64,000 nt of DNA from Cyanophora paradoxa CCMP329 (Eukaryota > Plantae > Glaucophyta), in contig QPMI01000568.1 of assembly GCA_004431415.1 (NCBI GenBank), positions 1 through 64,000 of the forward strand, given 5' to 3'. Of this stretch, positions 1 through 11,402 are shown in pieces. A program made the translations under genes and the position numbers. Numbering within the stretch: position 1 is the stretch's first letter; each line of letters starts with the position of its first letter. The notes beneath the pieces are model-generated. The model did no database searches. It worked only from the letters and a program-made list of their open reading frames with translations, and was not told the origin of the DNA.

Positions 1-429
1 TCTTTCTGTCTACTGCTGCATACAATGATCTAATAATGAGATGAAGCGAATTTGAGACACCTGGATTGCAGTAATTATGATCCCCCCTCTCTATGACAGG
101 AGCAATCGTTGATTCCAGGTAAATATAAAAACGAGTTTCCCAATGCAAAGATTGTGGAGTATGTAGGTCTGAGATCGAAACTCTATGCTTTTCAGAACTG
201 AGACCTTTGATAAAATAAGATGTCTGGTACTTCCTCCAAAGAGGTTCACTTTGATGATTTCAAGAGATGCCTGTTCGAAGGAATCACCAAAACAGTAGCA
301 GTAGTAAACAAGCGAAGGCAAGACCACAACCTATATGATTTGGAGAGCAGAAGGGTGGCTCTAAACCAACTCGATAGCAAAAGGAAGATATTAGACGATG
401 GAATTCACAGCATTCCATTTGGGCTCTAA
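1..429 (+). pseudogene. Protein-primed family B DNA polymerase, C-terminal part (frameshifted)
   Basis: Manual translation across frames gives HLDCSNY, IPGKYKNEFPNAKIVEYVGLRSKLYAF and ALNQLDSKRKILDDGIHSIPFG, typical Polinton pPolB C-terminal motifs. Several indels. Confidence 0.8.
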
Positions 430-612
430 TCTACTTCATCAATCTTTCTTTTTCTTTGGTTTCGCTCTCCAAGAAGTAATAAACCGCGAATTAAATGCAG
501 CAGCCATATACATCTTAATCCTGGATCATTGGGCTCGATTGCAAAGTAGTTGGGAATTGTGTTCTCCTTCCACACAGAGTCTTGCATTTATTATATGAGA
601 GATAAGGTAAAG

Positions 613-2001
613 ATGCCTTCCACACAAATAGGATTGAGACAACCACCAAGAATTGTGAGAAAAGAGGCAATTGAAGATCGAGGGAATATCCTGCCCATCA
701 CAGTTCCAGTGGAGGAGAAGAGCAGTCGAATATTAAAAAGATCAGAGATGGTCAAGCAATTAATCCCAGAGACCCTCCCAGCTGAGACAGCACCAAAAGA
801 GTCGAAGATTGCTAAGAAGTTCTATGATCCCAGAACAGGTTACAAGGGATTTACTGCAATGAGACAGGAACTACCAGAGGAGAACTACAAGAAAATGAGA
901 GAATGGTATGATAAGCAGGAGGTTGTCCAAATTAATGCACCTACCCTATCTCGAAAGAGAGATCCCATGATTCCAATTAGGCAACCCCTTGATACATATG
1001 TGATTGATCTGCTCTTCTTTCCTGCATACAAAAAGCAGAATGATGGTTATGATACATTTATGAGTGCAATGGATCAACCCTGAGAACAGGGTTCATTATT
1101 CCAATGAGAGACAAAAGTGCTCTTACTACACTTGCAGCATTCAAGCAACTTGAACAGAGAGTCCCAGACAATTGTTCGCATTCAGAGTGATAGTGGAAGC
1201 GAATTTACCAATGTGTTATTCACAGATTATTTGGGAACGAAATCATTGAGCATCAACTAAGTGATGTTGCAGATCACAGAACCCAAGTCGGATTGAAGCC
1301 TTTAACAGACAGATCAAGAGATTAATCACAAACTACTGCATTGCAAATAATACTGCACGATTTTTTGATGTGTTGGGTGATATTGAGTATAATTATAATA
1401 ATACCATCCACTCTGCAACCAAGAGAAAACCAGCAGAGACCACAGAAGCCCACTACAAAGAGATAGTGAATATGGAGGATCAGAGATTCAAGAAATCGAT
1501 GAGTATCTTGATGCTCTGAAACCTGGAATGTTTGTGAGAGTGAAGTTGAAAAGAATCCATTTGCAAGCAGGGTGTTAATTGGTCTCGAATGTTTATAGTG
1601 TGGAGGGCAGAGAGGCTTCAAATTCAGAATCAGAAGTCCAGTGGTGAGATAGTTGATGGTAGATTCGCTTTTCATGAACTGCTTCCATTAAAGGTGTTGA
1701 GTATCATGAAACTCCACAGTGGATGCCCTTGAACAGGCAAAAGAGGAAGCCAGGGTTGATTCAGCAATCAGAAAGGAGGGCATAGAAAAAGCAAGTGAAG
1801 TTCCAAAGAACCCCTCACAGAAGCAAGAGCACAAAAGAAGGCAGAGTAGAGAAAGAGTTGAAGAAGTTGACCATAGCAGGAACCAGAAATTATCAGAAGT
1901 TAACAGTCAGAGATGGTATAATGACTTTTCAACCACCAAGGAAACATATACTGCACCCCAAACTCGATTTAATTTACGAAGTGGTCAGAGGAATAGATTA
2001 A
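613..2001 (+). pseudogene. rve (retroviral-like) integrase, multiply frameshifted
   Basis: KIAKKFYDPRTGYK, YVIDLLF, IQSDSGSEF and IEAFNRQIK segments are colinear with the intact integrase at 54923-56290. Confidence 0.8.
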
Positions 2002-2049
2002 CAACGTTTTCGGAATCTCTTAGACCTCTGGCGAATTTTCCTCATTTGT

Positions 2050-2238
2050 CTATCTTTTCAATAATTTCAAGAAGAAAGTTTCAAGGTTTGAAACCAGTTG
2101 ATAATTGTAAACAAAGAACAGTCTCACATGCTCTGGCTGTGACATGAAGAAATTGTAATAGAAAGCAGTCTTGAAATCATGTATCCAATCTGACTGGGAA
2201 GCATGGATGATAGCAGGGTCTTGGTAGATGGGATCCAT
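2050..2238 (-). CDS. Hypothetical viral protein (may continue past a frameshift)
   Basis: ATG at 2238 is preceded about 31 nt upstream by AAAAAATTGAC, matching the motif ahead of other non-structural genes. Confidence 0.4.
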   Translation of the reverse strand: MDPIYQDPAIIHASQSDWIHDFKTAFYYNFFMSQPEHVRLFFVYNYQLVSNLETFFLKLLKR

Positions 2239-2415
2239 AGCAGAAGTTGAGAGAATCCAAAAAATCCTTGTCAATTTTTTATTTTGTTAGTGCCCGATCT
2301 CGACGAAACCTGATAGCTGCTGCCGAGAGGATTCCGAATCTGCTTTCAGAATTGAAAACGGAGCAGTTGGTAATAAATACATATGTATGACCGAGATTGA
2401 TGGAGTTTCAGTGAT

Positions 2416-2504
2416 GTTTCGGTGAAGTTTCGGTGCGAAGTTTCGGTGAAGTTTCGGTGTGAAGTTTCGGTGAAGTTTCGGTGAAGTTTCGGTGAAGTTT
2501 CGGT
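2416..2504. repeat. Tandem 11-13-bp repeat (GAA)GTTTCGGT x8
   Basis: Counted directly in the sequence. Confidence 0.9.
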
Positions 2505-2530
2505 CAATAGGATAATTCTATAAATCGAAA

Positions 2531-2780
2531 AATGGTTGCGCGTCATCGCAACCATCATCGCAACCATGGTTGCATCATCGCAACCATCATCGCAACCATG
2601 GTTGCATCATCGCAACCAGGTCGCGCAACCACTCAATCGGGAAAAAAATGGTTGCGCAACCACTGAATCGGAAAAAAATTGGTTGCGCAACCAGGTTGCG
2701 CAACCAGCGCAACCATGGTTGCATCATCGCAACCATCATCGCAACCATGGTTGCGTCATCGCAACCAGGTCGCGCAACCA
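2531..2780. repeat. Mixed direct/inverted repeat array of CGCAACCA / TGGTTGC units
   Basis: Many CATCGCAACCAT and ATGGTTGC(G) units, including the palindromes GGTTGCGCAACC. Confidence 0.85.
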
Positions 2781-3225
2781 GTATGACGTCATGACATCAC
2801 GTGTTTCATCATATATATACACCATACATTTCGTGTGACCCTGAGCCCAGAGTCCCCGACCGACCAATCCGCTATTTTGTGGTCAAAATGTATATATGCG
2901 CATATATACTGACGGTTCGCGTTACTACTGTCGGCATCGCCTAACGTTCCCACTGTTGGGCTGTCGGCATCTTCAAACGCTCGTATCTCACCACCAGATC
3001 ATCAGATCGTGACCGTCGACATAGCGCTGGAAAGCGCTTGAAAAGATCTACACGATGGTGTAGGTATCAAGTATATATACGTATAGATTACATACAAATA
3101 TTTCGAAAAACGATTAATCGGCTACTTTCTACTGTAAGGAACATACAGTAAAATAATGCGAAAATACAGTAGCTACTGTTAAAAAGCCATAATCTGGCGC
3201 ACCATACATCAGAAGTCCTGATGTA

Positions 3226-4763
3226 TCATACACTTCGAATAAATGCACCTGTCACATCCACTCTCATTGTTGGGGTATTTATATATACCAGTGGATAAAT
3301 ACGAATATACCTTGTCCTCAGAGGGTAGCCAATATAGAAAACGTCTTTAATAGAGGTGGGATACCCAGAACTGTATGAGACATCACCACTGTTATGGGCA
3401 TTATTAATTGTTTCACACATGAACACTCTATTCACACCTTCATACTTGATAAATGACCAGGAAACACCATCTTGTGAGGTTGCAACATTGAAGGTCTTAA
3501 CAAAGGCATTGGTCACACCAGACCATATGCAATTATAGATGCTACCTCATATATATATGGGAAGGATACTTGGAGATACTCAGTGGGAACACTCCATATC
3601 CCATCAGGAGCAGATGCATTTGCCTCCCAACCTGTTAAAGAAGGTCTTGCTTTAAATGCCTCCCTTCCAATTTTTGATGATGAAGCAGTGAATGCACCAT
3701 CTGATAGAAGATACCAGTTAGCATCAATGGAGGTATATTATTCAGAGTGGATGATATATAGAACCTTGCAGGGTTCTTGATTTCGTAATTTGCAACCAGT
3801 AAATCACAGAGTCTATCAATCATTACTGTGTTTGCTGCTATATACATTTCGGTTGCATCTATCATATCAGGGATCTTAGAGGTATCATCCAGAGAGTTTA
3901 CTATGGTCTTTGGAAGTGGAACAGAGAGTCTATAATATCTTGCATATCCTTGGTCATCATTATATGGGAGAAACTCTTGCATCTTTTCCAGGGCTGAGAG
4001 TTCACTTGCAGCCATCAACATATTAATTAATGGACTCCCAGAGGTCGAAGCAATCCATGAGAGAATGCCCAGCTGTTGACATCTTCATAGGAATATCCAC
4101 ATTTGGGGCATCTGTTTCATTGACCTCACCACAGGATATACTGATCACAATTATATCATCATCATCATCATAGATCTTTTTAGCATGGCTGTAACCACAT
4201 ACACTGGGATTGTTGTTACCTGATATTGCACCATCAATTAGAGACATCCCATCATAGTTCACAGGTGAGAAGTAAGTTGGTGCAGCAGAGGTGGATCTTG
4301 CAGCAATCTTGCTGGGGATGGATTTGTAGGAGTTATCATTGGTGATAAAAATGGGCTTCATGCTCACAGTGTCAAAACTTGTGATCACTACATCTTTTAG
4401 AGAGTCTTGAATGAGAGACTCACCAGTAACAGTGAGAATGGCTGTCTCCAATGGGGTCACATCATACTTGGTGTTGAAAAGGGCATTATCTATAATATTT
4501 CTGGGATTTGCAAAGATTAATGGAAGTTGATTGAGATATGTTGAATGCAAATCGGTAGCAGTGAGTTTGGGTTCGTTTGGAAATTCGAGATTTTTCACAT
4601 TGAGACCAATCGCAATAATCCCACCAGTGGATGTTCCACTCACCAGGTCAACAAGGTCTATTACTCTTTTTCCAGTTCGAGTTTCGATTTCTTTTAGCAA
4701 TCTCGTAATAATTATACCACGAGCTCCCCCACCTGAGAGACTGAGAATTACACGAAGGGGCAT
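3226..4763 (-). pseudogene. Patatin-like phospholipase fused to an F5/8 type C (discoidin)-like domain, frameshifted
   Basis: LSLSGGGARG, SGTSTGG (GxSxG), RSTSAAPTYF, IDGA; C-terminal TRYIRIYP...MRVDV. Split over three ORFs; homologous to 42056-43611. Confidence 0.85.
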
Positions 4764-4812
4764 CTTTACTTTACTCAAATTTAATAAATCTCTATAAGTA
4801 GAGTAAACAGGG

Positions 4813-7800
4813 ATGAGTTTCAATTATCCAGCAAACCTGCAAACCATTCCTTCATCAGGAAGAGGGAAGGCAGATAACAAACATGTAAATTTCGATAACT
4901 TGACAGCCAGGGGGTCAATCTCAATTGATCACAGTGCAGATGAACCCTCAAAGACTCACCCAAGAGAGCATGCACTTTCAATAAACGAAATGGATCCCGA
5001 AAAGGAGGATGTGAGTGTTGCTTTCAGCATGGGAAATGTGAAATCGAATCAGGTAGCCCAGATTAAAGCAACCAGGAGCAGACCAAGAAAACTGAAAACC
5101 AGTGGAACCCATCCAGATATTCCAACTCGATTCGATAGTGGTAGGTTAATATTCAATGTTCAAAATGAGAAGGGTGGGCATCAGAGTGGTTTGAGAATCT
5201 ATAATGAAGGATCAAATGCAATTGCACAAATTCCCGAAATATTACAGATAGCCCCCCATGGAGAGACCAACAAAATCGAGTTCACTAACAATGTTTATCC
5301 AAGGGATATTGTGGCGAATTCGGCTTCTAATGCACAATTCGGTTTCCAACTACCTGGTGATACAGCAAAGAATAAGGCGTCTATCACTGTCAACAGTAGC
5401 CCCACTCAACCAGTAACAGTTCATTTACACCCAGACCTTGTCGAAATGGATAGGCACCTTTTACCTTTGGTCACCAACACCAAAGATCTTGGTATCAGAA
5501 CCAGGCAATGGCGAAATATCCATGGAAGCAATGTGTATGCAAATGGTGAGAAACTGGTAAGTGAGAAGACCATAAGAGAGATCTTTGAATATTATGGACC
5601 TAATGGACCTGTCCCAGTTCCCTTTCCTCTTCCATGGGATCCACCAGATTTAACACCCAAAAAGCAACCAGGAAGAGAGTATACAGCAGATGAGACAGTT
5701 CCCTTTGGGCAGCACATTGTGAGTTGGGAGCAGGTTCGAAATAAACCGATAATTGAACCAAGAAAGCAAATTGATGAGCAATATTTACCTCCCGAAATCG
5801 ATATATTGGAGCTTGATGATTACTACTTCGTCCCAGATGAGGAGGAATACCTACCAGACGGTTTTGACCCACAGGAATATGAGTATGATCAATATGACCC
5901 CAATGAGGAAGAGTATTTACCAGATGGTTTAGATCCACAAGAGTATGAATATGAGCAGAATTATGAACCCCATGAGGAATATTTAGCAGATGGTCACGAA
6001 CCACCAGTTGTTGATTATGAGCAACCATATGAACCCCATGAAGAATTATTACCAGATGGATTTCGACCTGAGATTTGGGAATTCTTCCCTGATTGGGAGC
6101 AGATCAACAATAAACCAGCCAGATTTCCACCAGAGGATCACAACCATGACTGGGATGAGATCTTAGGTAAACCAGACAAATTCCCACCAGAGGATCACAG
6201 GCATGACTGGGGTGATATTGATGGAAAACCAGAAGAGTTTCCACCAGAAGATCACAGACATAAATGGAGCGAAATAGATGAACAACCAAAATTCGCATCA
6301 GCAGGTGATGATTTCGACACCTTACATGGTGTTACTCTCTACCAAAGTAATATCATACCAGAGAGATTAAGATTAGATGAATATTACCTGAATCTCAAAG
6401 GAATAGATGCAGGAACCAAAATGCAGGGTGAATTATACATCAGACCCCTACAAGGATGCAGATAATTGCAGCAGGCGGAAATTTCGGTTTGATGGACACC
6501 AAACCAGGTATCTATTTAACCAGTTACTATGCAGATGACATCCCAATGACAGGAGGATTGATCTCTCTACCATCTGATCCAGCAAACTATGATGACAAAG
6601 ATGCAGCAATCCAAATTAATGTAACTGATGTGAGTGATTTAGATAGTTCAAGACCCAAATTAATATTCACCAGAGAAAGATTGTTACCCAATGCTCTCAT
6701 TGGAAATCGAGATGACTACAAGAGATGCGAAATCTCATGGATCAAAACGAATTATAATGGTGGAGTTGGTGAGGGAGTCTTAGAAATCAATCAGAGGGCA
6801 GCAGCAAAGAATATTCACAATGACACCATTTCGAGAGTGGTCACAGAGGATTACCTTCAAGCCCAAAACTACATAGATGAAACAGAACTGAATACAATCA
6901 TCGCAGGTATAAATATTGGTGTGACAGGGGATTACCTCCCTCTCACAGGTGGGGTAATTGATGGAACAGTGACAGCATGCAACTTCTTTGTCCACACTGA
7001 AAGCAATCAAACCTTCCCTGTGGTTCACCCAGGAGGTGAGTATGAGATTCCAGATGATCCAGCTATCATGCCCATCAAGATTGATCTACCTTCTGATTAT
7101 GTAGGAAGGGGTGAACTGAAAACCATTTCATTTACAGGAGATTATAATGATCTCATAAATAAACCTACTGCTGCAAATCTGCATCCTGTTGCATTTTCGG
7201 GTAGTTTCCTTGATCTAAATAATAGATCACACACCCACACAAAGGCAGAAATCACAGATTTTGCACACACTCACACCAAATCACAAATTACAGATTTTGC
7301 ACACTTCCACACAAGAGCAGATATCACAAATTTCGCTCACACTCATGTTAAATCAGAGATATTAGATCTCGGAAATGTTGCATATGTGGGTCACACCCAT
7401 ACCAAGGCAGAGATTACAGATCTTGGAAATGTTGCATATGTTGGTCACACCCACACAAAGGCAGAGATTACAGATTTTGCACACACTCATGATTGGAATA
7501 CAGATATCTATAACAAACCTGCAATTTTCTCAGGAAACTACAATGATTTGACCAATAGACCAACTCTTGATCCTTTCACAGCCACCACAATCAGAGCCAA
7601 CAACACAATGTATGTAGGATCAGGTCAGATTGTAGAACCAGCAGGACCTATGTTTGAAGAAACATGGTTCTTCCACAATTCGCAGAATTACTTTGATAAA
7701 ACCTTACTTGTTCGTGGAAATGCCTATGCAAGAAATTTCTATGCTATGAACCCCTCAAATAATGCGACCATCAGTCGATGTATTACAGAGGCAGATCTTT

Positions 7801-8111
7801 CCAGTCAACTCAATGCATATTTTAATGGGAAAATCCAAGCAGGAACGTATGTTTACACTACTCCTTATCTTTGGGCAAATCCTGACCATAGGTTTAACCT
7901 CACTATTAATTTCAACAGCAGCTTTGCTAACCCTCCTATTGTAACAACTGGTATACAACACAATGAGACAGCCTACTACTATCGAATGTATGTTAGGCTT
8001 AAACAAGTTTACAGTAGCTATTTCACTTGTGAGCTTGACATAGTTCCATTAAGTTCTTTTGACAGACCAGGATTTCCAGTTACAATTCATTACATTGCTG
8101 TCGCAATTTAA
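4813..8111 (+). CDS. Large fibre/spike protein (ORFs 4813-6465 and 6456-8111 are probably one frameshifted gene)
   Basis: Both halves align to the single giant ORF of element C. Contains acidic EEYLPDG repeats, PPEDHxHDW repeats, HTHTKAEITDFA phage-fibre-like repeats and a C-terminal H-lectin/gp53-like head. Confidence 0.75.
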
Positions 8112-8130
8112 CTATTTCGTAATTATAAAG

Positions 8131-9153
8131 ATGACCTCCCTTTTAGAGATTCCAAACTATGAACTTGCAGCCAAATCACTCCACAGCACCTCTCATGAAG
8201 TAGTCGACTCCACACCCGGTTTTATTTGCACTGAAACTACAAGTAATACCTCTTTCACAGAGAACAGTATACTGAGGGTCAAAGAAATTCGATGCGATCG
8301 AAATGGAGGCAAGATTAGAACCACAGGCATTATAATCTCGAATACAAATCAGGTTCAAGCAGGTCAAGTAGTCCCAGATTCAGCAGTGTATGATAATGTG
8401 GGTGGATTCACCACAGCACAGATAGTTACTTTTGGAAACACAAGCAATAATTCCGCCCTTGTAGTCAAGAGTGGAGGAGCCTACATTGGTGATGGAGCAA
8501 TTGTGGCGGGGACTGTCACAGCAAATCAATTGAATGTGAGTGGGACAAGTTCATTTGCAGGATTGATGACCTTTAATGGTGGTCTTTCAGGAAATATTCA
8601 GTATGGAACTATCACAGCTACTACAAGAATTAATGCACCTGAGATAGATAATGGTAAAGATTCGAATGTTAATTATAGACGAAATGGAACTACTATTTTT
8701 ACTCTCGAAAAGACAGCAGAAAATATTGAGACATTCAAAATATCGGGCTTTTTAAAACGGAGTGGTTGCCCACGATTTATGGCGACAAAAGCAACAACAG
8801 CCGTTTCATCTACCTTTACCGCCTCAGGTTACATTGTTTCATTTCCAACAGTGTTAGTTAACCAAGGAAATAATTTCGATTCTGCAACAGGAACATTTGT
8901 AGCTCCTATTGAAGGATGCTACCGATTCTTCTTCACAGGAATGCAGTCATCATCTTCATCCGTTTTGATATTATATCGAAATGGTTCAAGCACACTCCTG
9001 TCGACAACCAGTTCGGCAACTGGAACTCACTCCTTTGCATTAGATTGTTTTTTAAATCTTGCACAGAATGATTCAATCCGCATATTTAGTAACACACAAA
9101 TAACATTAAACACAAGGTTCTTATTTGGAGGAATGCTGATAAGTTCAATATAA
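8131..9153 (+). CDS. Fibre-like protein with C-terminal C1q-like domain
   Basis: PRFMA...FPTVLVNQGNNFDSATGTFVAPIEGCYRFFF...LNLAQNDSIRI...FGGMLI; N-terminal module shared with neighbouring genes. Confidence 0.8.
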   Translation: MTSLLEIPNYELAAKSLHSTSHEVVDSTPGFICTETTSNTSFTENSILRVKEIRCDRNGGKIRTTGIIISNTNQVQAGQVVPDSAVYDNVGGFTTAQIVTFGNTSNNSALVVKSGGAYIGDGAIVAGTVTANQLNVSGTSSFAGLMTFNGGLSGNIQYGTITATTRINAPEIDNGKDSNVNYRRNGTTIFTLEKTAENIETFKISGFLKRSGCPRFMATKATTAVSSTFTASGYIVSFPTVLVNQGNNFDSATGTFVAPIEGCYRFFFTGMQSSSSSVLILYRNGSSTLLSTTSSATGTHSFALDCFLNLAQNDSIRIFSNTQITLNTRFLFGGMLISSI

Positions 9154-9175
9154 TATTCGAACTATATTGTAAAGA

Positions 9176-10201
9176 ATGACTACTCAAATAGCTGTTCCTG
9201 TTTTCTGTTATGCTGCACCTAAATTACATCAACTTAACCACACAGTATCAGATGCAACCCCTGGTTTCATATGCACAGAAACAACAGGAGCAGATTCATT
9301 TTCGCAGAATTCAGTTTTAAGATGCAAGGAAATTCGATGTGATCGCAATAATGGGAAAGTAAGAACCACAGGTTTAATAGTTTCAAACAAAAACCAAGTT
9401 CAATCTGGATCGATTGTATCAGATTCAGCAATTTATGATGATGTGGGAGGGTTCACCACACCCAAGATAGTCAATTTCGACAACACTGTTAATAATTCGG
9501 CTCTTGTAGTAAATAGTGGAGGCGCTTACATTGGAGATGGGGCAAGGGTTGATGGAACTCTAACGGCGAACCAGATAAATATAGCTGGAACAAGCACATT
9601 CACAGGTCTTGTTGCAGCAAATGGTGGTATTTATGCACCAAGTCACTCACAACAAATACTGGAAGCATCTACAAAAGTAGTTACACCAGAAGTAGACACT
9701 GGGGCAGATGTAAACCTTCTCTTGAAAAGGAATAGCACTAATATAGCAACTCTTGAACCAAACAGTTTCACAATTAACCAAGGATACTATCTAAAACAAA
9801 ATTCTCAACCACGATTTTGCGCTCAATTAGGATATAATCATACAGCAACAAGCGCCTCCGATTTGATAAACTGGGGAGTTATTTATGTGAATCATCCTAC
9901 AACGCATTTTAATGTTGCTAATGGAAGGTTCACGGCTCCTGTATCAGGACATTACCGATTTTCTGCATTTGCAAGTTCTACTTCAACAAACGCAATTGAA
10001 TTAACTCTTAAAATAAATAATGCCGATCCAAGTGGTGTTGCAATAAACACAATAAACTCAACAACTGTAACAAACAAAACCATTGCACTTAGTTGCATTC
10101 TGTATCTGGCTGTCAATGAATTTGCAACGCTTGTGACAAATGCAAATGGAGGTTATAGTTTGAGAACAACATTCTCAGGTGAGCTTATCAGCATAACATA
10201 A
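9176..10201 (+). CDS. Fibre-like protein with C-terminal C1q-like domain (paralogue)
   Basis: PRFCA...FNVANGRFTAPVSGHYRFS...LYLAVNE...FSGELI; N-terminal ~150 aa highly similar to the preceding gene. Confidence 0.8.
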   Translation: MTTQIAVPVFCYAAPKLHQLNHTVSDATPGFICTETTGADSFSQNSVLRCKEIRCDRNNGKVRTTGLIVSNKNQVQSGSIVSDSAIYDDVGGFTTPKIVNFDNTVNNSALVVNSGGAYIGDGARVDGTLTANQINIAGTSTFTGLVAANGGIYAPSHSQQILEASTKVVTPEVDTGADVNLLLKRNSTNIATLEPNSFTINQGYYLKQNSQPRFCAQLGYNHTATSASDLINWGVIYVNHPTTHFNVANGRFTAPVSGHYRFSAFASSTSTNAIELTLKINNADPSGVAINTINSTTVTNKTIALSCILYLAVNEFATLVTNANGGYSLRTTFSGELISIT

Positions 10202-10222
10202 TTTTCTATTGTAAAAGTAAGA

Positions 10223-10489
10223 ATGTCGAATATATACCAAGTAGTTCTGACTGATACCGAAAAGTTGGGAATGGAATATTGCGCTGCTTCTGTTCAGGAC
10301 TGGATTGATAATGCTGCCCACAATAGGGCAAGAATTGCAATCGATGATATTGTTCAAAAAGAAATTCAATCTTGCATCTCATCAGGAGTTCAAATACCAA
10401 CCTCAAAGGAAGCGATTGTGTTACAGGCATTCCAAAGGGGAACTGTAAAGAAAGGCATAGAGTATAATAATCTCACAGAAGAGCAATAA
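10223..10489 (+). CDS. 88-aa protein resembling small proteins found downstream of C1q fibres in aquatic phages
   Basis: LTDTE..MEY.AAS.QDWIDNA..NRARIA pattern, recognised from memory and not verified. Confidence 0.6.
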   Translation: MSNIYQVVLTDTEKLGMEYCAASVQDWIDNAAHNRARIAIDDIVQKEIQSCISSGVQIPTSKEAIVLQAFQRGTVKKGIEYNNLTEEQ

Positions 10490-10524
10490 ACATTATTTTT
10501 CTTTCCTTCTTAGTAAAAGAAGCA

Positions 10525-11379
10525 ATGGGCGAATATAATCGAGTTCAACTTCCAATATATTCCCTTGGATCCCCAGCAATGCACTTTCGCCAGCATGAAG
10601 TTAATGATGAGGTTCGTGGTTTAGAATCCACAGAGAGACCCAATTCCAATGGTAACTCCTTTGATAAGAATTCGATTATTCGAGTTAAAGAGCTGAGAGC
10701 TGATAAGAACTCAGGTGTGGTGAAAACAACTCGACTCCTGGTCTCAAATGCGAACTTTTTTCAACCTACTAATGGAGGTCCTGATGCTTACAGTGTTGAT
10801 CTGAAAGCCCTTGATTTCGATAAGAATTCTGCTGCTGCTACAATTCGTTCAGGTGGAGCATTTATTGGTGGTGGCTGTCGAGTTTCAGGTCAACTTTCTT
10901 CATCAATTTCGTATAATGATGTCCCAGATACTCTTGAACAGAATGTGGAGAACCCACAACGAATTCGGTTCTATACACCAGTTGCACAGCAACCTTTTCT
11001 GCATTTCTATGTTGCATCATCTGTCACTCTTGAAAATTCAGAGTTGGTTTCCATTACAGGAACTGATCGTGTGAGAAGGAATATTCCTCTTCCCACAGCA
11101 ATGCTCTCAATGTGCAGAGCAAACAACAATCAACCAGGTCACAATTACCTATTCTTTGTTCAAGCATCAAATCATTTCGGTCGGGGATATTGTGTATATA
11201 ACAATTTGACATTTACTTATGATTTGTTTGTCACTGAGGTTGGAGTTTACAATACTATGATTATGGGACTGAGAACAGATATAGCAGCTGTTTCAGCACT
11301 TCGTGGGGTAAACATTGCAGATATCTTCACAACAGGGTTTTACCAGGAACCAGATGTGATTGATAACCCAACCCCATAA
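10525..11379 (+). CDS. Virion-associated protein with shared N-terminal fibre module
   Basis: RVKELRADKNSGVVKTT...SGGAFIG module; orthologue at 34625-35469. Confidence 0.75.
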   Translation: MGEYNRVQLPIYSLGSPAMHFRQHEVNDEVRGLESTERPNSNGNSFDKNSIIRVKELRADKNSGVVKTTRLLVSNANFFQPTNGGPDAYSVDLKALDFDKNSAAATIRSGGAFIGGGCRVSGQLSSSISYNDVPDTLEQNVENPQRIRFYTPVAQQPFLHFYVASSVTLENSELVSITGTDRVRRNIPLPTAMLSMCRANNNQPGHNYLFFVQASNHFGRGYCVYNNLTFTYDLFVTEVGVYNTMIMGLRTDIAAVSALRGVNIADIFTTGFYQEPDVIDNPTP

Positions 11380-11402
11380 ATTATATATCACTTTAATGTA
11401 AA

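Larger units (their letters stand above)
1..2864. mobile_element. Endogenous Polinton/PLV element A, right-hand end only
   Basis: AT-rich; pPolB C-terminus, rve integrase homologous to that of element C, subterminal repeats, and CCGACCGAC at 2856-2864, identical to the right terminus of element C (58248-58256). The boundary is inferred from this motif only. Confidence 0.7.

Noticed and set aside
2346-2838. ORFs with HRNFTETS / HHRN repeats (also 13150-13971, 62736-63240)
   Set aside because: Translations of non-coding subterminal repeat arrays.
6440-6470. Programmed frameshifts in fibre, MCP, patatin and the 284-aa gene
   Set aside because: Shift positions differ between orthologues in B and C, several lie near homopolymers, and indels are dense near the window start; sequencing error or decay is more likely.
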